From Octopus sinensis (lineage: Eukaryota), in contig NC_043007.1 in assembly GCF_006345805.1 (NCBI RefSeq), positions 33,108,001 to 33,172,000 on the forward strand: a stretch of DNA of 64,000 nucleotides, in the 5' to 3' direction. Below are positions 39,468 through 52,021 of the stretch, piece after piece. The notes beneath the pieces are model-generated. The model saw only the letters and a list, made by a program, of their open reading frames with translations. It did no database searches and was not told the DNA's origin. The position numbers and the translations under genes were made by a program. Position 1 is the stretch's first letter. Every line of letters begins with the position of its first letter.

Positions 39468-39648
39468 TTTCTTTATTCGCCACACAGGGCTGCACGCAGA
39501 TGGGACAAGTTACAAGGTAGAGCTTTTCTTTTGGGGGATGAAAGAAACAAAAAACAAAAGAAACAAAAAAAAGGGGTGGCGTAGGTTTTCGATCAAGAGG
39601 GATCGTAAAAGGGAAGAAAAGAACTCTTTGTCTTTCATCGTGGAGCAC
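39468..39648 (-). mobile_element. Tx1-like LINE 3'UTR fragment followed by (TCTA)n
   Basis: aaaagctctaccttgta..gtgcagccctgtgtggcgaataaagaaac matches 51857-51917. Confidence 0.8.
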
Positions 39649-40057
39649 ACAAACACATGGCTTATTTCTGTTTAATTAATTATGACTCTTGATGCCGTAA
39701 CATAATAGGCCGCCGATGACACTCTAACCAGTTGTAATCTAACCATTCTTCAGTATTTGTTCCAGGGATTTGTTGATGTACACGGTAAAGCTGGTATTTT
39801 ACTATGTACATCTGGAATGAATATCGTTCTATATTCAAATACTAGCCACCAGTAGAATTCGCGAGATTATCATATGCTTACCAGTCAGTATTAATAAGTT
39901 GCCCAGATATGTTATTGATTGAGCAAATGTATCGTCTAGGCGATACATATAATGAATGTTGTATATGGTACAACTGCAACTCGTGGATGTTTATCCAGCG
40001 AGCTGGCAGGAGCCTTTGAATGCCAGGGAAAATGTGTGTGTGCGTGTGTGTGTGTAT

Positions 40058-40528
40058 GTATTTCTTTACTACCCACAAGGGGCTAAACACAGAGAGGACA
40101 AACAAACGGATTAAGTCGATTACATCGACCCCAGTGCGTAACTGGTACTTATTTAATCGACCCCGAAAGGATGAAAGGTAAAGTCAACCTCGGCGGAATT
40201 TGAACTCACAACGTAGCGGCAGACGAAATACGGCTACGCATTTCGCCCGGCGTGCTAACGTCTCTGCCAGCTCGCCGCCTTTTTTGTATGTATATGTGTG
40301 TATATATATATATGTGTGTGTGTGTGTCTGCGTTTGTCCCTCCCGAAACATCGCTTTACAACAACCGATGCTGGTGTGTTTACGCCCCCCGTAAATTAGC
40401 GGTTCGGCAAAAAGAGACCGATAGAATAAATACTAGTCTTATAAGGAATAAATCCTGATGTCGATTTGTTCGACTAAAGGCGGCGCTCCAGCATGGACGC
40501 AGTCAAATGATTGGAACAAGTAAAAGAA
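40058..40528. mobile_element. SINE B monomer (-, 40058-40280) plus 3' half of SINE A (+, ~40325-40528)
   Basis: Matches to the other family copies. Confidence 0.85.
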
Positions 40529-40553
40529 TATGCATATATATTTTATATATATA

Positions 40554-40593
<40 letters not shown>

Positions 40594-40599
40594 TGTGAC

Positions 40600-41034
40600 G
40601 TATATTTGCCATTTAAATATAGCTAACCCCTAAGTGTGGATGCTACTGTAGTTTGTAGCCCCAGGAGGACAACTCCTCCAGCTGGCTATAGACACAGTTT
40701 CTGTGCCTTATCAGTATTTGCAAAGGGAAGCCATCCTTCCCGTCTTCAACTTATGATACACACGGACTCGAGTTTCTGGATATTGACCCGCCGTGAAGGG
40801 AACCTACTTTTCATCGACAACTGTGATTGTCACACGCCGATGACGGGTCAATACTCAGAAACTCGAGTCCGTGTGTATCATAAGTTGAAGACGGGAAGGG
40901 TGGCTTCCCTTTGCAAATACTGATAGAGCACAGAAAGCGTGTCTATAGCCAGCTGGAGGAGGTGTCCTCCTGGGGCTACAAGCTACAGTAGCATCCACCC
41001 TTAGTGGGTAGCCATATTTAAATGGCAAATATAC
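40600..41034. mobile_element. Penelope-like pLTR with ~190-bp inverted duplication
   Basis: 40600-40790 pairs with 40844-41034. Confidence 0.78.
40831..40875 (+). ncRNA. Type-I hammerhead ribozyme, CCGAUGA core
   Basis: cacacg-CCGATGA-c-gggt-caat-actc-a-GAAA-ctcgag-TC-cgtgtg. Confidence 0.75.
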
Positions 41035-41108
41035 ATTACGATGTGTTGCAGCTACTGTTTATAACTCGCTCTAAGATTTATTATTGCTTATATTTATATT
41101 CATATTTT

Positions 41109-41324
41109 ACTCTTTACTCTTTACTCTTTTACTTGTTTCAGTCATTTGACTGTGGCCATGCTGGAGCACCGCCTTTAGTCGAGCAAATCGACCCCGGGAC
41201 TTATTCTTTGTAAGCCAATTACTTATTGTATCGGTCTCTTTTGCCGAACCGCTAAGTGACGGGGACGTAAACACACCAGCATCGGTTGTCAAGCGATGCT
41301 AGGGGGACAAACACACACACACAA

Positions 41325-41357
<33 letters not shown>

Positions 41358-41521
41358 CATATATACGACAGGCTTCTTTCAGTTTCCGTCTACCAAATCC
41401 ACTCACAAGGCATTAGTCGGCCCGGGTCTATAGCAGAAGACACTTGCCCAAGATGCCACGCAGTGGGACTGAAACCGGAACCATGTGGTTGGTTAGCAAG
41501 ATACTTACCACACAGCCACTA
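41109..41521 (-). mobile_element. SINE family A
   Basis: Matches 432-861. Confidence 0.9.
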
Positions 41522-42259
41522 CAGTTATGTACACATGCACTTACACATACGTATGATATACATATAAATGCATATACAACATACATAATGTATACATGCA
41601 TACAGACATATTTACATAAACACTTAGAAGTTAAAGCCTACACGTGTTTCAGTTAATCTGAACAGTCAGCATCCCTCTTTTTCGGTGCTATGGTCAATTC
41701 AGCCTGCATGCACATACCGCTCCTGTACCACTCTACACGAAATTCTACTTTACGTTAGATTTAAATTCTACATTTAAGTTTTACTGCTGCATTTCAGTGT
41801 TATGTTTGATTTTAATTCTTGCATTTTCTTGTTGTTCCATCAATTCTTTTTTTTTTTTTTTATGCTTGTTCTTACATTATAGAAAATTCGTCTTCCTTCT
41901 TCCTTATTTTGTTGTTTTCTTTCTTTGTTTGTTTCTTTCTTTCTTTAACCTTTTTCCTCTTCTTCGACTTTTGCACCTTCGCCTTTTTCCTCTCCCGCTT
42001 TATAGTCCTCTTCTTCTTCTTCTACTACTACTACTACTACTACTCTACTACTACTACTACTTCCTATTCCTCTTCTTCTTTTTCCTCTCCCCCTCCTCTG
42101 CTTCTTCTTCTTCTTCTTCTTCTTCTTCACCTTCTCCTCCGTCTCCTCTTTCTCGTCGTCCTCTTCCCACTTGCCTTCAGACAGTTATTATTATCATTAT
42201 TATTATTAGAAATCATTATCATTATTACTAGGTTTTGTATATTCATTATTATTATTATT

Positions 42260-42295
<36 letters not shown>

Positions 42296-42879
42296 ATTAT
42301 TATTAGTAGTAGTAGTAGTAGCAGTGGTATCGTGCTCCCGTTGTAATACTGAATGAGCCTATTAAAAGAAATCATTGTTATTATATCAGTTGTATTCAAT
42401 GTTCCGACCATTTATTTTTATTTTTCAACATCGTCAACATCGTCAACATCACCAACACCATCACCACCATCGTCACCACTACACTCCTCCTCTTCGTCCT
42501 CTTCCTCCTCCCCAACCTCCTCCTCCTCCTCATCATCATCATCATGATCACTATCATCATCAACCTCGTCAGAAACATCATCGTTGTCACCAAAAGTTTT
42601 TCTTCGTCGTCGTCGTCACTCAACAAATTGAAGTCGTAAAAAGATGAGGGAAACATTTGAGAGGAAATGATGGGAGATATGAATCGAATTGATGCAATTG
42701 AACAAGAACAATTAATTGAACGACGGAGACGTGATGGGAATAAATCAAAATAATATATGTGCACGTGCACGCGTTTCCGTATACTTATATATACAGAGAT
42801 ACACACACATATATATGTATACATATATATATATATATGCGTGTTTATCTGTGTATATATGTATATGTATACATAGTCA

Positions 42880-42951
42880 TCCTCGGTAGTATAGTGGTAA
42901 GTATCCTCGCCTGTCACGCGGGAGGCCGGGGTTCGTTTCCCCGCCGGAGAG
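42880..42951 (+). tRNA. tRNA-Asp(GTC), variant or possible pseudogene
   Basis: 72-nt cloverleaf tcctcggtagtatagtggtaagtatcctcgcctGTCacgcggg..ttcgtttccccg..ccggagag, with TTTT ~9 nt downstream. Has a C:A acceptor mismatch and A58>T. Confidence 0.75.
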
Positions 42952-43011
42952 GCTTATTATTTTAATGGTGGTGCCCCAGCATAGCCACAGCTCGTGAGCT
43001 GAAACTAGATG

Positions 43012-43057
<46 letters not shown>

Positions 43058-43349
43058 ACATACATATGTGAGTGTATCTGTGTGTGTGTGTCTGTGTTTA
43101 AATATGTGTCTGTATGTCTGTATGTATGCTCGTATGTATCTATATATGTATGTGTGTATGCATGCATGTATATATATACAAAGGAAAAGAGAGAAAGAAG
43201 AACCGAGAGACAGGCAGAGGCAGAGAAAAAGAGACGTAGAAATATCGAGGAGGAGACAACTCTTGAGTAACGGAAAACGTAGTCATAACAAAGCTCACCA
43301 ACCAGAATTATTTCTGGTTGTTCACAGACCCTTTCACAGAAGGGTGAAA

Positions 43350-44700
43350 TGAACTAATTGGATAGTTCAAGACCTGTTTAGCTACTTCGTTAGATAGTTA
43401 TCTAGATATCTAGCAAGATGGACAGTTACTTAACTGAATAGCTAATTAATCGGATTGCTAACCAACTGGATAACTATACGCTTGAAAAGATAGTTGGCTA
43501 CTCGACTAACTGGATAACGAGTAAAATATATACTTAAGTAACTGGATAGCTAGTTAGCTGGGTTGCTGGACAGCTTAGTTTGATAGTCACTTTATTAGAT
43601 GACTAACAAATGGAACAGTCAGCTACTCAAATAGTATTGTATTGATATTATGTGTTTGGGTAGATTAGCTGGAGAGTTAACTGTCGGGATAACTCGTTAG
43701 ATAGATACTTACCGTAAATCCTCGAGTATAATACGCATTTCCGCCCAAAATTTAAAGGTTAAAATCCCTAGTGCATATTATACACGAGGTTAAAAATGAA
43801 AATTATTTTCAAAGCAATGTGCGAGTCTCTATTTGCTGTCTGGCAATGTTGATTCAGACGCATTTTGTGATGTCGGGCGCGAAAATACCTTAAGCTAAGC
43901 CTGAAAGCAATGAAGTCATAAAAGAATCATTCATAACTTGCAGGAAGCAACATTTATTTACTGTTATTACTGTTATTTCTTTATTTTCTGCAACAAAATG
44001 CACAAAAATGCTACACGTTTGTATTATGTTATATATAAAATAATAATAAAGTACGTTGCCGTATACATTTCTTTACAAACCAAGGACGTTATATAGACTT
44101 CCTTGACTCAAGTTAGAGAAGGGGTGCGTATTATACACAAGGTTTAGGTTTTTCAGAGGTACAGCCCCCTAAAATCCTCTGCATATTATACTCAAGGGTG
44201 GACTATACTGAGATCTCACTAACATGATAGTTAACTTACTAATTAACTATATACCCACATAGATCAGAGGATAATTAACTAACTAGATAATTAACTTATT
44301 AGTTTGATAATCCCTTAACTAGCTAGCTTACTTATAATTAGAATTCTCTTTAATAAGATAGCTAGCACCTACATATCTGGATAGATTTACAGGATAGCTT
44401 GATAGTCATGGTAAACAAACTAAGCTAATCTGCTGTTCGAACTCTTAACTAACTAATTAACAAACATGGTAACTAAGTATTAGATATCTAGGCAGGAAAC
44501 TGGATAGTTAGCAAACAGAATAACTCGTTGATTCGATACTTAAGCTGTCAGATAGATATCTAACTGATTAGATAGCGATTTGGATAGCAGGTTAAGTTGT
44601 TAGTATTCTGGCTAATTATTTGTATACGGTATAAATAGTATCCAGCTTAATTAACTTTGATCTAGTACTTGACTGGTAATTGTTTGATTACCATCTAGTG
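43350..44700. repeat. Highly degenerate taact-ggatagc-tagtt minisatellite
   Basis: Recurring ggatag/taact/ctag motifs on both sides of the inserted MITE. Confidence 0.55.
43712..44214 (+). mobile_element. pogo/Tc1-type MITE
   Basis: TA|CCGTAAATCCTCGAGTATAATACGCA left end. Subterminal tgcgtattatac repeats. Eroded right end. Confidence 0.65.
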
Positions 44701-44793
44701 AGCTATCAAACGAGAGGGAAATTGTAATATGTTCTGAATAGAAATTTGTAGGCAATTCTCTATGTGTATGTATGAACGTATGTATGTATGCTT

Positions 44794-44881
<88 letters not shown>

Positions 44882-44888
44882 CTATCTT

Positions 44889-45283
44889 ATTTCTTTATTG
44901 CCCACAAGGGGCTAAACATAGAGGGGACAAACAAGGGCAGACAAAGGGATTAAGTCGATTACATCGACCTCAGTGCGTAACTGGTACTTAATTTATCGAC
45001 CCCGAAAGGATGAAAGACAAAGTCGACCACAGAGCGTAAAGACAGACGAAATACCTATTTCTTTACTACCCACAAGGGGCTAAACACAGAGAGAACAAAC
45101 AAGGACAGACAAACGGATTAAGTCGATTATATCGACCCCAATGCGTAACTGATCCTTAATTTATCGACCCCGAAAGGATGAAAGGCAAAGTCGACCTCGG
45201 CGGAATTTGAACTCAGAACGTAACGGCAGACGAAATACTGCTACGTATTTTGCCCGGCGTGCTAACGTTTCTGCCAGTTCGCA
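44889..45283 (-). mobile_element. SINE family B dimer within (TCTA)n
   Basis: Head plus 2 body units, with the same junction as the other multimers. Confidence 0.88.
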
Positions 45284-45286
45284 GTC

Positions 45287-45354
<68 letters not shown>

Positions 45355-45483
45355 GTGTGTATATATATGGATTACACGCACACGCTCACGCACACACACA
45401 CAAATATATATATTCATAAAGAAATGTGTGTGCGCGTGCGGGGTGCATGTATACACGCACACAATCACTGCGTAATGGAATAA

Positions 45484-45650
45484 AAACCCCATTCGGTCAC
45501 GAATGACCATAAGATTCGACCTAGAAAGTTTCCACCCGAGGCACAAGTCCCGGCAAGGTTGTTCGTGGAGCGAGCCGTGTGTTGTGTTCTTGAGCAAGAC
45601 ACTTTATTTCACGTTGCTCCAGTTCACTCAGCTGCAGAAATGAGTGGAGA
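45484..45650. mobile_element. SINE D-type tail (-) joined to CORE-like segment (+)
   Basis: 45484-45570 matches the tail of 35675-36017. 45575-45647 matches its body in the opposite orientation. Confidence 0.6.
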
Positions 45651-45961
45651 CGAATTGAATTCAGCTGACGTGTTAGGAATTAAGCCGTATGGCATAGGAA
45701 AAAAGTTGATGTGACAGCGACCGCTGCCAAATCCAAAAAGGACAGTGGTCGGCCAGCGGTCACATGAGAAGAGAAGAGAGAGGAAAAGAGGGACAAAGGA
45801 ATTAAGGAGGGGGAGAAGAGGGAGAGCGAGAAAAGGGAAAGACAGGGAGAAAGTGAAGTGCAAAGTAAGAAAAGCAAAGAAATGTAAGAGAGGGGCGGAG
45901 AAATCGTACAAGGTTTAGTGAAATGTGTACTTACATATAGAGAACAAAGTGTACTACGCCG

Positions 45962-46008
<47 letters not shown>

Positions 46009-46026
46009 TATATATATATTAATCTT

Positions 46027-46545
46027 TCAAGATTAATCAGCCGAAATTACTACGATGATCCGGTTCTTGACTGAAGACTGAGGTTTCGAATGTCTTGTCC
46101 GTGTTTATTGTATCGTCTTCTAAGAGTTATACGTTCTTGTCCATGTTGTAATTTTCTACATACCTTAATATATATATATATACATATACGCCGCTATATA
46201 TATATATATATATACATATATAAAGAAAATGTGTGTATGTGTGTGTTGGGGAGCATGTATACACGCACACACTCACTGCGTAATGGAATAAAGACCCCAT
46301 TCGATCACGAATGACCATAAGATTCGACCTAGAAAGTTTCCACCCGAGGCACAAGTCCCGGCAAGTGGGGGACATATATATATATATATAAATACAAGTA
46401 TATATATATATATATATATACAAAGTAGGACAAGAACGCAAAACATCCAGAAGACGATACAAAAAACACGAACGGGTCATTCGAAGCCTTTAATCTTCAG
46501 TCAAGAACCGGATCATCCTCGCAATTTCGGCTGATTAATCTTGAG
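46027..46545. mobile_element. Diverged inverted pair of Penelope-like ends (46027-46150 and 46421-46545)
   Basis: tcaagattaatcagccgaaatt..gatgatccggttcttgactgaaga and its reverse complement. Confidence 0.6.
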
Positions 46546-46694
46546 ATTGCTCCAATCTGGCCAGCCCCAAGGAAACACTAAGCTAAGAGCATTAGATTCC
46601 TTGGAAAAAAGCTTCGAATGTATACGAAACAAGGACGGAAAAACGGACGATGTTACACGAATATTGATACAAAAATGATACAAAAGAACAATGA

Positions 46695-46738
<44 letters not shown>

Positions 46739-46744
46739 TGCGTG

Positions 46745-46975
46745 CCTTCATGTCTGTGCTTGTCCCCCACTACCGCTTAACAACCGATGTTGGTGTGTTT
46801 ATGTCTCCGTAACTTACCAGTTCGGCAAAAGAGACCGATAGAATAAGTACCAGGTTTTTTTTTAAATAAGTAAATAAGTATTGGGAAGTGGTGTGCGATT
46901 CATTGAACTAAAAATCTTTCAAGGCAGTGCCCCAGCAAGGCCGCTGTTCTAATGACAAAACCAAGTAAAGATAAA
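46745..46975 (+). mobile_element. SINE family A, 3' half
   Basis: caaccgatgttggtgtgtttatgtc..gcaaaagagaccgatagaataagtac. Confidence 0.8.
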
Positions 46976-47461
46976 AAAAAAAATAAAAGCTCCTTCCTGC
47001 AGGAGCAATAGCAGAATGGAAATTACAAGAAGCCATCTTTAACTTCATTGTGTTCCGAAAGATATTCATTAACTTTAATGAAATACTAACGAGACAAAAA
47101 AAATTTGGAAATCACATGACAAAAAAAATAATGAATGACTTCGTTTAAGTAATGCGTTAACTTAATGAAATTGCTTTCCTATTTTTGCTTAATGTAAGTA
47201 ATGTATTATAAATCATTACCACAAATGATTGATTAGCTACCATGTGTCAACACGCTAATTGTGCAGATATCAAATCGCCCCAGTAAAAGACAAGAAAAAA
47301 AACAACAGAGAAAGCACAAATGTGAACAGAAACTAAATCATTCTGTTCACGTTTAAAGGAGGAAATGCGTACTTTTACTTTGATGAGCAGAAATGTAAAA
47401 AAAATAAAGAAACGATTCCGAAAATGGAGCGTTCAGAACTTCGTAACGCCAAAATTAATAT

Positions 47462-48975
47462 AAGATGAGCTGGCAGAAACGTTAGCCCGACGGTCGAAAT
47501 GCTTAGCGATATTTCGTCTGCCGCTACGTTCTGAGTTCGAATTCCGCCGAGGTCGACTTTACCTTTCATCCTTTCGGGGTCGATTAAATAAGTACCAGTT
47601 ACGCACTGGGGTCGATGTAATCGACTTAATCCGTTTGTCTGTCCTTGTTTGTCCTCTCTGTGTTTAGCCCCTTGTGGGTAGTAAAAAAATAGATATTTCG
47701 TCTGCCGCTACGTTCTGAGTTCGAATTCCGCCGAGGTCGACTTTACCTTTCATCCTTTCGGGGTCGATTAAATAAGTACCAGTTACGCACTGGGGTCGAT
47801 GTATCGACTTAATCCGTTTGTCTGTCCTTGTTTGTCCTCTCTGTGTTTAGCCCCTTGTGGGTAGTAAAGAAATAGATATTTCGTCTGCCGCTACGTTCTG
47901 AGTTCGAATTCCGCCGAGGTCGACTTTACCTTTCATCCTTTCGGGGTCGATTAAATAAGTACCAGTTACGCACTGGGGTCGATGTAATCGACTTAATCCG
48001 TTTGTCTGTCCTTGTTTGTCCTCTCTGTGTTTAGCCCCTTGTGGGTAGTAAAGAAATAGATATTTCGTCTGCCGCTACGTTCTGAGTTCGAATTCCGCCG
48101 AGTCGACTTTACCTTTCATCCTTTCGGGGTCGATTAAATAAGTACCATTTACGCACTGGGGTCGATGTAATCGACTTAATCCGTTTGTCTGTCCTTGTTT
48201 GTCCTCTCTGTGTTTAGCCCCTTGTGGGTAGTAAAGAAATAGATATTTCGTCTGCCGCTACGTTCTGAGTTCGAATTCCGCCGAGGTCGACTTTACCTTT
48301 CATCCTTTCGGGGTCGATTAAATAAGTACCAGTTACGCACTGGGGTCGATGTAATCGACTTAATCCGTTTGTCTGTCCTTGTTTGTCCTCTCTGTGTTTA
48401 GCCCCTGTGGGTAGTAAGAAATAGATATTTCGTCTGCCGCTACGTTCTGAGTTCGAATTCCGCCGAGGTCGACTTTACCTTTCATCCTTTCGGGGTCGAT
48501 TAAATAAGTACCAGTTACGCACTGGGGTCGATGTAATCGACTTAATCCGTTTGTCTGTCCTTGTTTGTCCTCTCTGTGTTTAGCCCCTTGTGGGTAGTAA
48601 AGAAATAGATATTTCGTCTGCCGCTACGTTCTGAGTTCGAATTCCGCCGAGGTCGACTTTACCTTTCATCCTTTCGGGGTCGATTAAATAAGTACCAGTT
48701 ACGCACTGGGGTCGATGTAATCGACTTAATCCGTTTGTCTGTCCTTGTTTGTCCTCTCTGTGTTTAGCCCCTTGTGGGTAGTAAAGAAATAGATATTTCG
48801 TCTGCCGCTACGTTCTGAGTTCGAATTCCGCCGAGGTCGACTTTACCTTTCATCCTTTCGGGGTCGATTAAATAAGTACCAGTTACGCACTGGGGTCGAT
48901 GTAATCGACTTAATCCGTTTGTCTGTCCTTGTTTGTTCCCTCTGTGTTTAGCCCCTTGTGGGCAATAAAAAAAAA
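47462..48975 (+). repeat. SINE family B: one head plus 8 tandem ~184-bp body units
   Basis: Units start at 47508, 47692, 47875, 48059, 48242, 48424, 48608 and 48792. Confidence 0.95.
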
Positions 48976-49447
48976 TTAATATAATAGTACAGTACATGAG
49001 GAAAATAATGTTAATCTAAATATATAGGTCGAATTCTCACATAGCTGAATGGATGCGAAAAGAATGAGTTTGAATACTCATCCTATATCTTACAGTTTCG
49101 CTCTACCCTAAACGATGGGACGACCACAAAACGCAAACATATCAATATATGGAGGGAAAATAACTCTGATATAAATCAAATGTCGCTCCGAAGACAACAG
49201 TTAATATAAAATTATATTCTCCAAATCAAAAATAGTCAAAAATAAATAAATAAGAAAAAATGATGTTACATTGGACAACACTGGCCTAGATAGGTTGCTT
49301 GAAATAAAGTCGGAATAATCATGGTAGGAACGCCTTTGTCTCTTGATATGCTTAGTTAGAGCAGATGTAGAGGTAAACAGCAGCAAGGATAAAGGTCACA
49401 TTGAAATAATGTAGTCCGTATTGCGCTAGTATTATTTCATTGCAAAA

Positions 49448-49658
49448 GGTGGAAAGCTGGCAAAACCGTTAGCACGCCGGACAAAATACTTAGCAGCATT
49501 TCGTCCGTTCTCATGTTCTGAGTTCAAAGGTCGACTTTGCCTTTGATCCTTTCGCTGTCGATAAAGCAAGTACCAGTGAAACGCTGGGGTCGATGTAGTC
49601 GATTAGTTCCCTCCCACCAAAATTTCAGGAATTTGTGCCATTGGTAGAAAGGATTATT
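49448..49658 (+). mobile_element. SINE family B, alternative tail
   Basis: Family B body with tail ccctcccaccaaaatttcagg..gtgcc..gtagaaaggattatt. Confidence 0.78.
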
Positions 49659-49837
49659 TCAATGAAATCTGTTTACTGTTTCTAGAACGCCGAACAACTA
49701 AATAAACGCTATCACATTGAATATGGCTCCGGTTTCTGAGGATTGAGGGTCAATATATTACATCACTAAAAGTACGAAAGTAGCGTTAGATTGGTACTGT
49801 TCGAGTCACGAGCACAATAGCGACAACCACAGCCAGA

Positions 49838-50035
49838 GTGGAGGCGCAATGGCCCAGTGGTTAGAGCAGCGGACTCGCGGTCGCAAGAACGCGGTTTCGA
49901 TTCTCAGACCGGGCATTATGAGTGTTTATTGAGCAAAAACCACCCAAGCTCTACGAGGCTCCGGCGGGGGTGGGGGTGAACCCCGCTGTACTTTTTCACC
50001 ACAACTTTCTCTCACTCTTTCTTCCTACTTCTGTC
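49838..50035 (+). mobile_element. SINE family C, 3'-truncated
   Basis: gtggaggcgcaatggcccagtggttagagcagcggactcgcggtcg. Confidence 0.85.
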
Positions 50036-50724
50036 ACAAAGCAGGAACCATGGTGTAACCCACTATGGTGTGGTAAACTTTCAGACCCTCGTCTTGATTG
50101 CGAATCCTCTGTACCCCAGGATGGTTCAGCTCTCCACCCGTTAAAAAAGGCCACCGTTTACGGAATGAGGATAACAACGTAGCTTTCGCACCCGTGCAAC
50201 CGCCAGTCTGTCGCGTGTGGTGGGTGGATCTTCAGGTTGCCACACGCACTCTTAGTAGCTTAGAGTAGGCTCAAATTAGAGATTATTCTTTGTGGCTAAT
50301 GGCGTGAGTCCTGATTGGAAGAAGAAGAAGAAGGAAGACCACAGCCAGGACGACAACTGTCACGACGATGACGATGATGATGATGGCGGCGGCGGCGACG
50401 ACGATGACGACGATATTTAAGCCACCTGTAATCGTATGTCAAAAGTATCAAGTGGATGGCCGAAGATTATAGAAATACTTTCAAACATTTGCTGATGATG
50501 AAAGAAAATCCTTGTTCATCAATCTACCACTCTGGCTCTAACCAATCTCCTCTCCTTTTTCTTTTACCTCTTTATTTCATTTGTCTTTGTCTTTCTATTT
50601 ATCTATCTGTTCCATTCTACATGTCTGTCTGTAAGTCAAACTATCTCTTTCTCTGACTGTCTATTTATTACTCTCTTTGTCTTTCTCTATCTCTCTCTCT
50701 AACTAGCTAGCTGTCTATCTATCT

Positions 50725-51917
50725 GTGAGGCACGCTTTCCCGCAGCTCGTCTCATGACCGCTGCAGTCGTGGATCAAAAAGAGGCCGAGGAAGGGCGAAT
50801 GGCACCGCGATGTCGCTTTGCTCTCAAGCAACTCTGCCGTCCTGGGTCGACCTTAAGTGACTTCAACACAACCAAAGCATTCTATAGAGGTTTAGTGGGA
50901 GGGAGGGGTACTACGACGAGCTCGGGGCGAACCTGGACGTCGACGAGGAGTACCTGACCCGCCTGTCCGGGACGACTTTCGGGCCAGGGCCCATGGACAA
51001 CTTCCAGAGATCCCTGGCCTGGCAGTGCTACCGAGAAGCGCTACCCGTTCGGGATAAGCTCTACAGACAACGGCTCGAGAAACACGGGCCCGACCTGCCC
51101 GAGATGCGGTCAGAGCGACGAAACCGTTCTGCACGCACTCGTTCATTTCCAAACATTTCCGACCTGTGGGCCTTGGTGTCGAACACTGCTGTCACGTGTG
51201 GGACGAGTCGGTTTATCAGGCTGAGTCTATCGTCAATATTGTCACGCCCTCCTTCCTTCAAACGGGAAGGAAGAGCTATTTTCATCATCCTTGTGGCTAT
51301 GGCGAAAGAATGTATCTGGTGGACGCGTCTGAAAGGATTGGAGACAAACACTTTCCTCTCTGGTCATCTCTCATCAACTTCTTCAAGTACCACTTGAAAA
51401 GGAAAGTGAGAGTAGAGGAGGCAGTTTTGTCTAGCGAATGTTTTAAAAAAAGATGGGGAATGTAGCAAGAATGTGCACGTTTAATGACGAAGCCACCTGA
51501 GGCATAGTTCCCTATGAACCAGAAATCGAAAACAGAGAGTTCTTTGCAAAAAAAAAAAAAAAAAAAAAAAGAAATATAAAATGTGACTTCATTGACCGAG
51601 GTTACCGTGGCTTTTCCGCAGGCTTTTCTTTCCACGGGTAAACCTCACCTGTCCTCCCCTTTTACACTTCATATTGGACATTCTGTGATAACGATCCTAT
51701 TGATCATTTTTTTTCCTCTCTCCCCCCCTTTATTTTTTTTTTTTTTTTTTTTAACCCCCCTTATTTTTGTCCTCTTTCTCTCCTTTACGATCCCTTTGGA
51801 ATCGAACCTCCCCCTTCCTTTTTTTTTTTTTTTTTTTTTAATAATACCTTTCAAAAGAAAAGCTCTACCTTGTATTTGTTCTGTCTGTGTGCAGCCCTGT
51901 GTGGCTAATAAAGAAAC
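50725..51917 (+). mobile_element. Tx1/L1-like LINE, 5'-truncated 3' end (zf-RVT/CCHC region plus 3'UTR)
   Basis: RSLAWQCYREALPVRDKLYR, then frameshifted CPRCGQSDETVLHAL. TCTA repeats on both flanks. A second 3' fragment lies at 52070-52186. Confidence 0.85.
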
Positions 51918-51975
51918 ATATCTATCTATCTATCTATCTATCTACTATCTATCTATCTATCTTTCTACCTATCTA

Positions 51976-52021
<46 letters not shown>

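Noticed and set aside
40917-40947. Second hammerhead in the 40.6-41.0 kb repeat
   Set aside because: Core CTGATAGA/CTGATAAG breaks the 3-8 pair and there is no stem II.
46066-46100. CTGAAGA..GAATGTC hammerhead
   Set aside because: Lacks GAAA and stem I pairing in both inverted copies.
47508-48975. CRISPR-like array
   Set aside because: Units are identical throughout with no unique spacers, derive from a SINE, and have no cas genes. The 21-bp repeat at 62802 and the array at 58120 are rejected on the same grounds.
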